Shown: positions 50,797 to 64,000 of the stretch, piece by piece
Position numbering within the stretch: position 1 is the stretch's first letter
Layout: each line of letters starts with the position of its first letter
Origin: Octopus sinensis
Lineage: Eukaryota
Direction: 5' to 3'
Length of the DNA: 64,000 nucleotides
Assembly: GCF_006345805.1 (NCBI RefSeq)
Contig: NC_043015.1
Coordinates: 46,190,001 to 46,254,000, forward strand
Notes under the pieces: model-generated
The model's database searches: none
Seen by the model: the letters and a program-made list of their open reading frames with translations, nothing else
Told to the model about the DNA's origin: nothing
Made by a program: the position numbers and the translations under genes

Positions 50797-51016
50797 CCCT
50801 TTAGCATTCAGATTACTCTATCAAATGTAAAACCTGTTTAATCACATTGTTTTAAATTAATTGTACAGCATCTTGTAACTCTGAGATTTTGATGATGTCC
50901 CTGTTTATTTTTAGAATGACTTTGTAGGGTAGGTGTGAGAAGTCAGAGCTGGCTGGTTTGAGCATAAAACAGGAAGACAATTTTGGCCTGATATGGCCGG
51001 TTTAAACACTAAAGGG
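50797..51016. mobile_element. piggyBac-type MITE, family 2
   Basis: TTAA|CCCTTTAG ... CTAAAGGG|TTAA. Confidence 0.8.
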
Positions 51017-51849
51017 TTAAATTTGTAAAGAAAATTGTGGTGATCTGCCTTGAAACAACCACAAAGATATTGGTGATTACCCACAACACATTTTTGATGC
51101 AAAGTGGGCTCACTCTCAGACTCATTTTCACGAACTACACATCACAACTCCACCATTTGGGCTATGAGGGCCTCAAGGCTGCAGTTTCTTGCAAGGGCAC
51201 GAATATCCTTTGATTGCTGTTGGATGTGACCCTAGTGCTGCTGGTTGTAAAGGGGGCCCCTATAACATTTTAAGCTTCAGGGCCCTAATATTATAGATCC
51301 ACCACTGCTATAAAGTAAAACTAGTTTGTAAGAGTACAACAAAGAAGGGAAGCTACTTGGTTCTAATACTGACAGGTCACACTTCAGTACATAAAGTGAA
51401 TTAATTACAAAGATAGAATGCGCGTTCTAGCATTCGATCCTCAGATGAGGATGTGGTGTATGCGAGAGATTCGAAATAAAGGCACCTACCTTCTCTTCGC
51501 TCAGAGGGAGACCCTTCAGCGGTAATGGATCCTTCAACGCAGCCCGACCCAAACGCTAGAAATAGCAGCTGCTTCTCCCAACCTTAACAACGTGCTGACC
51601 CCGTCTTACCTGCTCGGCGACCTGCCATGAAAAGGCAGAATGCTGCCCTTCCTGCACGCACATCACTGCTGCCCCTTCTGGTCAGTCCCAAGTTCCGGTC
51701 AGCTCCCCAGCTGCTGACGTCATCCCACAGAGGAGAAGGTGGTCAAAAGCCCAAAAGATATATTTTCAATTCAGTGTTTTGTGCCCATCCTCACCTATTA
51801 AAGAAATTTTCTTGAAAGGAAAGTACCTGTCCCCTGATTCTGTTTCAGA

Positions 51850-52305
51850 CTCTTTCAACATCAACATTACAAAAAGAGGTTGCCCACACCAGGTTGAAGA
51901 CGCTCGACCTTTATTCTCTAGAAAAACGCTGCCGCCGTGGTGATCTCATTCTCGCTCACAACATCATAAGCGGAAAGTGTAACCTCTCGAAAGAGCTGTT
52001 CTTCACTCCTGCTCCAGAGCGTCGGCTGCGGGGGCACTCCGAAAAGCTCTATCTGCGACAATTTCATCTCAATCGAAGGAGAGAGGCTTTCTCCGTCCGG
52101 GTTGCAGATCCGTGAAATAAGCTGCCGGATGAGATAGTGAAGATGCCGATGACTGCTCGGTTCAAAGTCTCTCTTGACCAGAAATGTCCTGAACTCTTTG
52201 CATGAACAGAAATGGCATGAACTCTTTGCATGAACACCCTCCATGTCCCCTTATATGGCCTTGCTTTTTGCTTTTTGAGCCAAAAAATTAACTTAACTAA
52301 CCTGC
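51850..52305 (+). mobile_element. CR1-like LINE 3' fragment
   Basis: LDLYSLEKRCRRGDLILAHNII..RLRGHSEKL..RREAFSVRV; ends ttaacttaactaac. Confidence 0.85.
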
Positions 52306-52309
52306 TTTT

Positions 52310-52723
52310 GACAAAGTAATCTTATATGCAGATAAATGATCTCCTTGCTTTGATTCACTCATGATTTTATCGATTTTTTCTGATGGTAAGGTATTGCATG
52401 GAAAACTAACATAAGAATTAAGTTCCTTAGGGTAACATTAAGCTTCACCATGAGTTTGGTGAAAATCGATTGCAAGTTGCGAAAACTACAACGGAAAATG
52501 TGTTGCATGTGATAAGCTTAGATTTTCGACCCCGTGTCGAATTTATCGATTTTTTTCAGAACTGGGGGAACTTTTCAAAATTTTCGCTGCGTTAGTTTTG
52601 AATTATGACATTGGGCTATGTGTGTGTCAAGTTTCATCAGAATCGGTTGAAAGCCGTGTTCAGGATGAGAGTACAACCTGACAGACACACAGACAGACAA
52701 ACTGCCTTTTATATATAGAGAGA
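52310..52723 (-). mobile_element. Helitron-like 5' part with no 3' end found
   Basis: TCTCTCTATATATAAAAGGCAG terminus on the minus strand. Confidence 0.5.
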
Positions 52724-52763
52724 TGATTAACAAAGGGATGAAGTACATGCTGCTCTTCTCAAA

Positions 52764-53161
52764 TCTTTATATATAAAAGTGAGGTTGTGTGCTGTCTGTC
52801 TCCTACGATTTAGATTCCTAACTACTCCCACATTTTGCGGTGCAGTTTAACCAAAAGCGGGTATCTTATAGTCGTGATTCATATCGAGCCCTTCTGGGTA
52901 TTAGCGCGCGTCTACAATGAGTCTACGATTAAAAAAAAAAATTACCATCAATTTTCCCCATTTTTAATGCATTTTTGGCATATATAAGGGAAGTATCTCT
53001 CTAAAAATTTATTATTAAATCTCAGAACGTAAAAAGCTACAGTAACACCCCCCCCCTTTGTGGTTAGCCATATTGAGATGGCTATTATACTTTACATCTC
53101 TAAAAATGCTAATATAGTTATTTCCCTTACAAATCCGAGCAACGCCGGGCGATACTGCTAG
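52764..53161 (+). mobile_element. Non-autonomous Helitron, family A variant
   Basis: TC start, shared body, hairpin plus CTAG end. Confidence 0.8.
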
Positions 53162-53204
53162 TTATATATGAAAGAAAGTAAATGCTCTTAATGTTGAGTT
53201 TCAA

Positions 53205-53684
53205 TTGGAACACTTTCCACTGCATCTGTTGCATATGCTTGTATCCGATGAATATAAAAGTATCCTTAGTTGCTTTGTAAAAGAGGATGTTTTAGCTGTA
53301 TCTAAATTATCAGATATTGATCTTAATAACACAACAAATCACAAAGATATGGGTGATATTTACCTTGGTGGATGCGCAATGAGATATCTAGAACAAAACC
53401 CCATCATTGGTGACTCGGCTAGATTAAAAACTGATTGCAAACATTTTTTAATAGAATTATACTCTCAAATAAAAATGTGCTTTCCTCTCAATGAAACTGG
53501 AGTGTTTGCCCTCTTAGAAATACTTGATCCAAAAGTAGTGCATGACTTCACTAACTCTCCTCAGTCGATAATTCTCTTGGCATCAGACTTTCCAGCAATT
53601 CCACCACAAAACGCACTTGATGAACCAGATGATGAGTGGAGATTATTTCAGCAATATAAAGATATTCCTCGTAAAGTATACTAG
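53205..53684 (+). pseudogene. hAT-type transposase C-terminal fragment
   Basis: IYLG..C..FLIELYSQI..FP..LEILDP..LASDFP..DDEWR pattern; no N-terminus or TIRs. Confidence 0.7.
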
Positions 53685-54170
53685 CCGTCTCAATATGGCT
53701 AACCACTAAGGGTGGGTGTTACTGTAGCTTTTAGCCCCAGGAGATCATCATCTCCAGCTGGCTTTAGGCACACTTTCTGTGCCCTTATGATATTTGCAAA
53801 GGGAGGTCATCCCTCTCTCGTAAACCTAAGTGATATGAACGGACTGCAGTTTCGAGGTATTTGCCTCTTGTCAACGTACGGTAATCACCGGTTTTCGATG
53901 AAGAGAGACCTGTTTGCGAATATCTATTTAATGTTTTTCCCAGTAACCACTGTCACTGATTTCGAAAAACTGTCTGAAAGCAATAATAAATCTCTGAACG
54001 AGATGTAAACAGTAACCTGTTTCCTCAAAAACCATCGCTGAATTCTGGTATTTCTTAAAGACGGGCTTGACCACACTAAAATTTGAGAGGCCGTCGCAAT
54101 TCATGACTAATTTAATGGTGTTACCTCATTCAACAGCATGCATAGGGTGCATATTTTCCCAAGTAAATTG
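53682..54170 (-). mobile_element. Helitron-like 3' fragment
   Basis: Shares cagtaacacc..tggttagccatattgaga with 53040-53085 and ends in CTAG. Confidence 0.4.
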
Positions 54171-54739
54171 CACAAAGACCCAGTACTTATTCTATCGGTC
54201 TCTTTTGCTGAACCGCTAAGTGACGGGGACGTAAACACACCAGCATCGGTTGTCAAGCAATGCTAGGGGGACAAACACAGACACACAAACATATACACAC
54301 ACATACACACATATATATATATATATACATATATACGACAGGCTTCTTTCAGTTTCCGTCTACCAAATCCACTCACAAGGCATTGGTCGGCCCGAGGCGA
54401 TAGCAGAAGACACTTGCCCAAGATGCCACGCAGTGGGACTGAACCTGGAACCATGTGGTTGGTTAGCAAGCTACTTACCACACAGCCACTCCTGTGTCTT
54501 GTCATCGTAGATATCCGAGTAGATTGAACTTCAAAAAGGAGTGAATGAAGATGATATGGATATGTACAAAACTGACAATTAGCTGCCATATGATATAAAG
54601 TATTAAATTCTGTATTGATTTTGTCATATTTTTCATCATTAAATTACCAATTATATACCTATCTTCTAACATCTCGGTTTATAAAATAGGATCTGGGTTT
54701 TTTTGCAGCAGATAATTTGGGTGTTTTATTATTTGATGA

Positions 54740-54900
54740 GTGGCAGCCCAGATTAGAAGTAGTAGATAATTTCTGCTATCCGTGGGACCAAATTGGTAGT
54801 GGGATAGGATGCACAGAGAGTATGATAGCTACAATAAGAATAGGGTGGAGGAAACTCAGAAAGCTGTTATCTCTGTTGGCCATGGAAGGTTTCATATTAT
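54740..54900 (+). mobile_element. Short degenerate RTE ORF fragment
   Basis: LEVVDNFCYPWDQIGSG..C.ES resembles LELVDSFCYLGDQVSSGGGCAES of the longer copy. Confidence 0.7.
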
Positions 54901-55121
54901 CCAAAATTCTGACTACCTTTGTGTGTGTATATATATATATATCATCATCATCATCATCATCATCGTTAAACGTCCGCTTTCCATGCTAGCATGGGTTGGA
55001 CAGTTCAACTGGGGTCTGGCAAGCCCGAAGGCTGCACCAGGCCAGTCAGATCTGGCAGTGTTTCTACAGCTGGATGCCCTTCCTAACGCCAACCACTCCG
55101 AGAGTGTAGTGGGTGATTTTA

Positions 55122-55500
55122 TGTGCCACCAACACAGGTGCCAGACGAGGCTGGCAGACGGCCACGCTCGGATGGTGTTTTTTATGTGCCACCGACACAG
55201 GTGCCAGACGAGGCTGGCAGACAGCCACACTCGGATGGTGTTTTTTATGTGCCACCGACACAGGTGCCAGACGAGGCTGGCAGACAGCCACGCTCGGATG
55301 GTGTTTTTTATGTGCCACCGACACAGGTGCCAGACGAGGCTGGCAGATGGCCACGCTCGGATGGTGTTTTTTATGTGCCACCGACACAGGTGCCAGACGA
55401 GGCTGGCAGACGGCCATGCTCGGATGGTGTTTTCTTATGTGTCACCGACACAGGCGCCAGACGAGGCTGGCGAATGGCCACGCTCGGATGGTGTTTGTTA
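55122..55500. repeat. 63-bp tandem repeat (about 6 units) within an RTE UTR
   Basis: Translates as repeating PPTQVPDEAGRxPxSDGVFYV. Confidence 0.9.
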
Positions 55501-56059
55501 CGTGCCCTCAGCACGGAGGCCAGTCGATGCGGTACTGGCTACGGTCACGTTTGGATGGTTTTCTTATGTGCCACCGGCACTGGTACCACAAGGATACAAA
55601 TTCCATTGATGTTCATCTATTTTGGTTTGATTTGATTTGATTTGATTTGATATATATATATATATATATACACACACATTCATTCATATGTGTGTAGCCA
55701 GTCAAACTAAACCTTTATCGTCAGTAGTACTATGTCATGGTCATGTTGGCCGAATAGGTATTAATTATTATTAGTTTCCCATTGGTTAAAGTTACTGCCC
55801 ATATTTGAATTCTAAATCTTTCATGAAATACAGTTCTTACAATTCAGATATGAGCAGTTATAAAAACCCTGATTTTTATTTTAAAAAATTAGTGTTCGTT
55901 GGTTTTCACTCGATTCCACAACACTCACTCTCTTGAAATATTGGCTATTGCCATGCCATATCTTTTGCCATATTCTTGTTTCTGCAGTGAACTTAGGTTC
56001 TCTGGATAGATTTCCTTTTTTTCTTTTGGTGATGCTGGTGGAGGTCTTTTCCGCCACAT

Positions 56060-56760
56060 CTCTATAATGTCCATATCATCCTCCTTCTTTTTCTTTTACG
56101 GACTCTTCGGTGGTGAGTTCACACATTCTTTTCTTTTTTTTCCTGGCCACCTCCATAAATGCTTCCTCTGCTTCCTCCATGCATTTATCACTTACTGGGG
56201 CCGCCACTTCGGTACTCTGCTCTTGTTGGCCTTCCTCACAGACTCTCTGGGGGCACCTCACTCTCATGTGTCCCTTCTCTTCGCATTGATAGCAGGTTAG
56301 TGGTCATCCTTCCACCACTGCTCTCAACCTTATGTACTCCGGTAAAATTACCTCTTTCCCGATTTCGTTCAAATCTTTTTGTAGAACCTGAATGACCATT
56401 TCAAGGCCATATCCCCTACAGTTTACTTTCTTTGTCCTCGTTACCTTCAAAATTTTGGCGTCCTCTTTGGTTTTATGCATCACGTCTGCCACCAGCCACC
56501 CTTCTTTGATTTCAAAGGGTATTCTTCCTATTCTCACTCTTGCGACCCTTTTGCCGCAGTAAGTCAGCAAGAGTACCTACTCTTGTGATTTATCGCCTCT
56601 TGTTTGTTGGCGAACCTCACCTCCACTGTGCCATATTTTCTTCCTCTTGTGTAGAATGTTGTCAGGTTTCTTATCTCTGCTACACCTTCTTCTATCGTTT
56701 CTACGTAGGCTATTTCGATTTACTTAGTTGTTGTAGACAGTGTTTATAAACAACTGTTCA
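56060..56760 (-). mobile_element. L1/Tx1-like ORF1 remnant with frameshifts
   Basis: TRGRKYGTVEVRFANKQEA, GKRVARVRIGRIP, RAVVEGR and a degenerate knuckle EGHMRVRCP. Confidence 0.6.
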
Positions 56761-57779
56761 TTTCAGTGTACTGGTTCTGACTTCCGGCGGGATCAGCTTT
56801 AGACTGGATCCTTCCTTCTGAATCAGCCTGTTAGACTTTTCAGTTTTTTCTGCTCAATTTTGACCTCTCATACCTTGGTTCATCTTGATTATCTCACTCC
56901 CATTTCTTAATATATAATTAACCTAAGATATTTTTACCTAACTAATTAACTTTTATCCGCAGGTAGTAAATTTTATTTCCTATAGATCCTATATTTTAAT
57001 TCATTAATATCAACTCACTATCCATGAAATTTGAATAATTTACTCTTCTAAATTACCTCTCTTCATATTATAAAATATCGCATTCTACTAAAACCTATGA
57101 ATATCTTCCTTCTTTGATTTTCCCTCTTCCATCTTTCTTAGTATATATTTTGACCCCCAATATGTTCACTTGATTAATAAGGCTTTTTCCCCCAGTTAAT
57201 GAGTACTATTTTGACCTCTCATACCTCTGTGCGTCTGTAGTTGTACCCTTTCCAGCCACTGAAGCATAACTCCTGGCCTGTTCTGGAACTGGTTCACAAT
57301 CCATTTTCTCCATTTTTTTCCCTGCTTCACCCCAAAACAGGGACGAAGACAAACGCAAAAATCACAAGCTTGCAGGTAAAATTAGTAACAGTATTTAACA
57401 AATTCAACAGTTCAAATCATAGGTTCACCCTCATATGAGACCCTCCAACAAGTATACTACAAAGCACAATAAAACTCATGTCAACTGGAATAAAAAAAAA
57501 TTAAACACCAAAAAAAAAAAAACTTTGCCGGACCCATCCTACTGACTGTCAGACCACTATATATTAGTAGTGGACCAGGCCACTTCCCACATGGGGGCAT
57601 CTGCAACATGTTGCCAAGCAATTTTTACGATAGGATTTCTTATCTAAATTTTTGTTTATTCCATGCCACCCATGCCTTCCCCAACAAAAAACTTCTAAAG
57701 TAAGTGAAAAATTAACAAATTCGGGTGGAGTTAAATTCGTATTGGGGTGGGTTTAAATTTAGACTGCCAGCTTTTCTTT

Positions 57780-57972
57780 TCTTCTTTTTTTTTTTACAGA
57801 TATGGAATCTCCGCACTCGATAACCCACAACATGGGCGGTTTATTGTAATTACTTCTGCCTTGGTTCGTCCAATCACTACTCTCCTTACGTAGCACAGAG
57901 GCCATTAGGCATTCCGTGGTCGCTTGATCTTGGTCGTTGCTTTGAACAGTCTCCACGTGAAGAACCCTCCAA
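57780..57972 (+). promoter_or_regulatory. Putative promoter/first exon homologous to the hidden gene's leader, in inverted orientation
   Basis: attaggcattccgtggtcgcttgatcttggtcgttgctttgaacagtct resembles the reverse complement of 41969-42030. Also GGGCGG, CCAAT, CACGTG and a possible donor aa|gtaaat at 57973. Confidence 0.45.
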
Positions 57973-58157
57973 GTAAATTCTGCTCGAAAAAACTAAAGGT
58001 AACGTGTATTATCACTTCTTTCTGTTATTTCTACAAAAAAAAAAAAACACAGCTGCATAAACATTTTGAGTCGTGTTGTTTGTTACTAGATACGAGTAAG
58101 TTGTACAAATACATGCATATAATCATGTGTGTACGTATACATACATATATACATACA

Positions 58158-58204
<47 letters not shown>

Positions 58205-58862
58205 ACATTTATATTATATTGAGGGTACTACTATTCGTAGATACCAACACGCTAAGAGGGACCAATGCGGTCAAAACTACTAAAAATAAACAAAATGGCG
58301 GGCTCATTCGCAATGCATTTCGAGAAAAAATCCAGCGTGCCATTTTCATAGATATATAAAGATAAACATTCGGACATGCTACGACGAATTCTACGGTTGG
58401 CTATCGAGCTTGTAATGTTATGTTTTTCTATTATATTTCTTGAGTTTGTTGCCTGATGAACATAGAAATGCATATTCTGCATTTAAATGCGAAATCACAT
58501 GTGGTATGTAACTGAATTCTTTTTAAAATGATGTGTTTTGAAGTTTTGCATTCGGTTAAAATTTTGTTTATTTTTAGTAGTTTTGACCGCATTGGTCCCT
58601 CTTAGCGTGTTGGTATCTACGAATAGTAGTACCCTCAATATAATATAAATGAATATTTTCAAAGAGGAAGAATTTACGGATTTTTTCTCTTACGAGGTTT
58701 TTCACGCTGACTACTGATAATTTCTTTTAAAGATTTTATCCTCAATTGTTAACATATATATGTATATATATGTATCAAAAGAAAAACAGGACACAAAGGA
58801 TTTTGTGGTATTATATCCTATCACCTATACAGGTGCTTACATTTATCAGGTATTCACCCTGA

Positions 58863-58911
<49 letters not shown>

Positions 58912-59713
58912 CGAAATCCTCGAGTATAATCCGCAAGAAGAAAATGGAGGGGATCAAGAGGTGGTATTCAACTTTTAGATATTATATTATGTCTGTTTAT
59001 TATTTTAAAAAAAAATTATAATATACATACATGTATAACAGATTGTTTTACATATATAAAAAATACCAGTATATAACGTAGAACGTAGAGAGTAGAATAG
59101 TTTCTTACAACCGTTTCAACCAAGAGGTCACAGTACCCTACTTCCATTCCTTCAGTGAACTGAAGTATTTGGTAGATAAAATTAAGGTACTTGGGTGTGC
59201 CTGGGCTTCGTCAGAGAGTTCAGAAAGTTCATAAGGTTAAGTTATAAATATAAATAATACATAAACATAAATACATATCTATATATACTGTAAATCCTCG
59301 AGTATAATTCGCATTTCCCCCCCAAAATTGAAAGGTCAAAATCACTAGTGCGTACTATATACGAGGTTGAAAAGGAAAAATATTTTCTAAACAATGTCCG
59401 GGTCTCTGTTTGCTGTCTGGCAATGTTTATTCAGACATGTTTTGTGATGTCGGGCGTGAAAATACCTTAAGCTAAGCCTGAAAGCAATGAAGTCATAAAA
59501 TATACATCCATAACTTGCAGTAAGCAACATTTATTAAAATAAAAGTATTCAGAAGACAGAATAACATATAACAAAACAATTTGCAAACATATTTACATTC
59601 CCGTATGTAAATTAAGAACATCACTATTATTGTATTATGCATACGCGGAAGTATATATATGTATATATATATAGATGAGTGTATTTTTACCTTGTTAACA
59701 ATTAACATATATA

Positions 59714-59748
<35 letters not shown>

Positions 59749-59855
59749 GTGTGTATGTATATATATGTGTATATATATGTGTATATATATGTGTATATAT
59801 ATGTATATATATGTATATATATATGTATATATATGTATATATATATGTATATGTA

Positions 59856-62800
59856 TCATCATCATCATCATCATCATCATTTAGCGTCCGTTTTCCATGC
59901 TAGCATGGGTTGGACGGTTCTACTGGGGTCTGTGAAGCCAGAAGGCTTCATCAGGCCCAGTCAAATCTGGCAGTGTTTCTACGGCTGGATGCCCTTCCTA
60001 ACGCCAACCACTCCGTGAGTGTAGTGGGTGCTTTTTACGTGCCACCCGCACTGGTGCCAGACAGAGCTGGCAACGGCCACGAACGGATGGTGCTTTTTAT
60101 GTGCCACCGGCACGAGGGCCAGGCGAGGCTGGCAACGGACACGAAACGGGGCGGTGCTGGCAACGGTCGCGAAACGGAAAGTTCTCTTACATGCCACCGG
60201 CACTGGTAACACATCTGCAATTTCCATTGATCGATTTCCATTGATCGATTTCGATTCTGATCCTCACTTGCCTCAATGGGTCTTCACAAGCAGAGTTTCG
60301 ACATGCCACCGGCACTGGTAGCACATCCGCAATTTCCATTGATCGATTTCGATTCTGATCCTCACTTGCCTCAACACGTCTTTACAAGTAGAGTTTTGTG
60401 TCCCAAGAAGGGAAGGTATGCATACGTAGGCTGGCTCCATCCCATGTAGAAGGCCACGGGTTGTGGACTCACTTGTCCTGCCGGGTCTTCTCGCGCACAG
60501 CACACTTCCAGAGGTCTCGGTCTCTAGTCATTTCCTCAGTGAGACCTAAAGTTCGAAGGTCGTGCTTCACCACCTCGTCCCAGGTTTTCCTGGGTCTGCC
60601 TCTTCCACAGGTTCCCTCAACCGCTAGGGTGTGGCACTTTTTCACACAACTATCTTCATCCATTCTCGCCACATGACCATACCAGCGCAAACGTCTCTCT
60701 TGCACACCAACTGATGCTTCTTAGGTCCAGCTTTTCTCTCAAGGTACTTACACTCTGCCGAGTGTGAGTACCGGCATTACACATCCATTGGAGCATACTG
60801 GCTTCATTTCTAGCGAGCTTACGCATATCCTCAGCAGTCACGGCCCATGTTTCACTGCCATGTAGCATGGCTGTTCGTACACACGCATCATACAGTCTGC
60901 CTTTCACTCTGTGCGAGAGGCCTTTTGTCACCAGCAGAGGTAAGAGCTCTCTGAACTTTGCCCAAGCTATTCTTACTCTAGCAGTTACACTTTCAGCACA
61001 CCCGCCCCCGCTGCTGACTTGGTCACCTAGGTAACGGAAACCATCAACTATTTCTAGTTTTTCTCCCTGGAAAGTGACGGAAGTTGGTCTCAGAGCATTT
61101 TCAGTGTTTATTGTTCCTGAGCATCTGCCACATACAAAACCATCTTCCTAGTTAGCCTTCCTTTGACATTGCTGCATCTCTTATGTGTCCATAGCTTACA
61201 CTTGGTGCATCTTATAGAGTTTCTACCTACACCTTTTCTACAGATCGAGCAGGCCATCTACTACTGAAGGTGTTTGTGATTTGTCTACCTTCCTACTGAT
61301 TACGACTTTGGTTTTAGCTAGATTGACTCTGAGGCCCTTCGATTCTAATCCTTGTTTCCACACCTGAAACTTCTCCTCCAGTTCTGATAGCGACTCAGCA
61401 ATTAGAGCAAGGTCATCAGCATAGAGGAGCTCCCAAGGGCATCCTGTCTTGAATTCCTCCGTTATTGCCTGGAGGACTATGATAAATAGGAGGGGGCTGA
61501 GTACTGAGCCTTGGTGGACCCCTACCTCTACCCAGAATTCTTCACTGTACTCATTTCCAACCCTCACCCTACTAGCGGCGTCCCTATACATGGCCCGCAC
61601 AGCTCTCACTAACCATTCATCTATCCCTAGTTTTCTCATTGCCCACCAGATAAGGGATCGGGGGACCCTGTCGAAGGCTTTCTCCATGTCAACAAAAGCC
61701 AGGTACAGGGGCTTATCTTTGGCTTGGTATTTCTCCTGCAGCTGCCTTACCAGGAATATAGCATCAGTAGTACTTTTCCCTGGCACAAACCCAAACTGCA
61801 TCTCATCTAAACTAACTCTCTCTCTAATTTGTTGGGCTATGACCCTCTCCGTAACCTTCATCACCTGGTCCAACAGCTTGATACCTCTGTAGTTATTTGT
61901 ATCTAGGGCATCACCTTTACCTTTGTAGCAGTTGACTATTATACTGCTACACCAGTCATTGGGTATGACCCCTTTGTGTATCACCTGATTAACTATATGG
62001 GTGACTAGGCTATAGCCGACACTACCAGACATTTTGAGCATCTCTGCAGTGATTCCTGATGGGCCTGGGGCTTTCCCTGTCTTCATGCTTCTAATTGCCT
62101 TAGCTACCACAGAACTATCAACTCGGATAGCTGGTCCCTCTGTTGGGTCAACATTCGGCAGACTCTCTTTATCCCATTCATTTTCTTCATTCAGCACCTT
62201 CATAGTGGCATCTCCAAACCTCTCTCTTTGCATCCTCATTTAGCGCAAGTGAACCATCTTCCATGCGAACACACTTCTCTCCTACCACATCACGATTCTC
62301 TCTCACACACTGTCTTGCAACACGAAACACCTCCAGTCTTTGGTCCTCACGGCGCAGAACATTGGCAAATTTTTTCTTATCTGCTCCCCTCTGGCTAAAT
62401 AAACCTGTCTCCTAGCTTCTCTTTTGGCAGTCTGATACAATTCCCTGCTACCCCCATTTTTCCAGACCTTCCAAGCCTGTCTCTTTCTCTAATAGCCCTG
62501 TCTACAATATTGTTCCACCACCACGTTATTCTAGGTCGAGAGGGGACTTTGCACCAGCCACAGATCTGGTCAGTGGCTCTCAGCAGGTTGTCCCTTAGAA
62601 ACGTCCAGCTGTCTTCTACCCCCTGTGATGCTCTATCCCTTCTACTTCATCAGAGGCTTCAAGTAATATGTCCCTAAATCTCTGTCCATTTGCAGGATCT
62701 TTAAGCTTCCAGATCCTTCTTCTCCATATTTGTCGTCTTCTGGTTGTCCTCCTAGTCCTGATCCTAAAGTCACTAACTACCAGTCTATGTTGTGGGGTAC

Positions 62801-63260
62801 ATTCTTCACCTGGGAAGGTTTTGGCATTTATAAGCAGCCATCTCTCCCTTTGCCTTGTAAGGATGTAGTCAATTTGGCTGGTATGTTGGCCCGATTGGTA
62901 AGTGACTAGGTGGCTGGTAGGTTTCCTGAAGTTAGTGTTGCAAATCATAAGATTATTTGCATCGCAGAACTCCAGCAGCCTGGTTCCCTCCTCGTTGCGG
63001 GAGCCATAGCCATAGCCTCCATGTACGCCATGGAAGCCCCCAGCATGTCGTCCAACGTGACCATTGAAGTCACCAGCCATAAAGATAAGGTCTCTGTCGT
63101 TCGTCAATGAGGTAGTCTGCAATAGAGTGTCATAGAATCGGTCTTTCTGTCCATCGGGTAGCCCCGACTGAGGAGCATAGGCTGATATAATGGTTGCTAA
63201 ACTATGATGAAGCACTAATCTAATCTTAAGTATTCTGTCACTTACTCTGATTACCTCAAT
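59856..63260 (-). mobile_element. RTE-superfamily LINE, 5'-truncated, with APE endonuclease, RT, C-terminus, long 3' UTR and (GAT)n tail
   Basis: EN motifs [21 protein letters not shown] and PQHRLVV; RT motif LYADDLAL; sequence is continuous into the repeat-containing UTR and tail. Confidence 0.95.
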
Positions 63261-63280
63261 GTATATGTATATATATGTAT

Positions 63281-63331
<51 letters not shown>

Positions 63332-63400
63332 GTATATGTATATATATATGTATATATTTATGTGTGTATATATATATATATGTATATATATATTGTGTAT

Positions 63401-63448
<48 letters not shown>

Positions 63449-63816
63449 TGTATATATATATATGCATCTGGCTTCTGTGCCGGTGGCACATAAAAAGCAC
63501 CATCCGAACGTGGCCGTTGCCAGCCCCGCCTTGGCTGGCTTCCGTGCAGGTGGCACGTTAAAAGCTCCAACCGATCGTGGCCAATGCTGGACCCCCCCTG
63601 GCACCTGTGCAGGTGGCACGTAAAAAGCACCCACTACACTCGCGCAGTGGTTGGCGTTAGGAAGGGCATCCAGCTGTAGAAACTCTGCCAGATCAGACTG
63701 AAGCCTGGTGCAGCCTCTGGCTTCCCAGACCCCGGTCGAACTGTCCAACCCGTGCTAGCGCGGAAAACGGACGTTAAACGATGATGTTGATGATGATGAT
63801 GATATGTATATATATA

Positions 63817-63856
<40 letters not shown>

Positions 63857-64000
63857 TATATATGTATATATATATATGCATATATATGTATATATATATG
63901 CATATATATGTATATATATATATGCATATATATGTATTTATATATATGCATATATATATGTATATATATATATATGCATATATATGTATATATATATGCA

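Noticed and set aside
51430-51720. GC-rich segment with CAGATGA..GAAA, hairpins and a minus-strand CAG|GTAAGA
   Set aside because: No consistent hammerhead or HDV fold and no supported ORF; probably retroelement UTR, left unassigned.

Overview
AT-rich, repeat-saturated animal DNA. The SINE, LINE and Helitron content resembles octopod cephalopods, but the species assignment is inference. Host genes: (1) a single coding exon of CEP19 (2025-2750, +) with an acidic C-terminal tail; (2) a five-exon minus-strand gene absent from the ORF track (41968 to 31326), which reads as a ~117-aa protein once one apparent 1-bp deletion in exon 4 is corrected; (3) a diverged, inverted copy of that gene's leader region at ~57.9 kb. 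The rest is mobile DNA: RTE-, CR1-, Tx1- and HERO-like LINE pieces, five tRNA-derived SINE families, non-autonomous Helitrons, Merlin-, hAT-, piggyBac- and Tc1-type MITEs, and microsatellites. One head-to-tail Helitron train carries a 160-bp satellite and a PIF1 fragment. The most unusual signals are type I hammerhead-like folds with a recurring CCGACGA core variant (one sense-strand in an intron), the hidden gene with its inverted leader copy, the Helitron-satellite train, a modular repeat array in the RTE 3' UTR, and many fold-back palindromes. No rRNA, true tRNA gene or CRISPR array was seen. All calls were made by eye and repeat boundaries are approximate.
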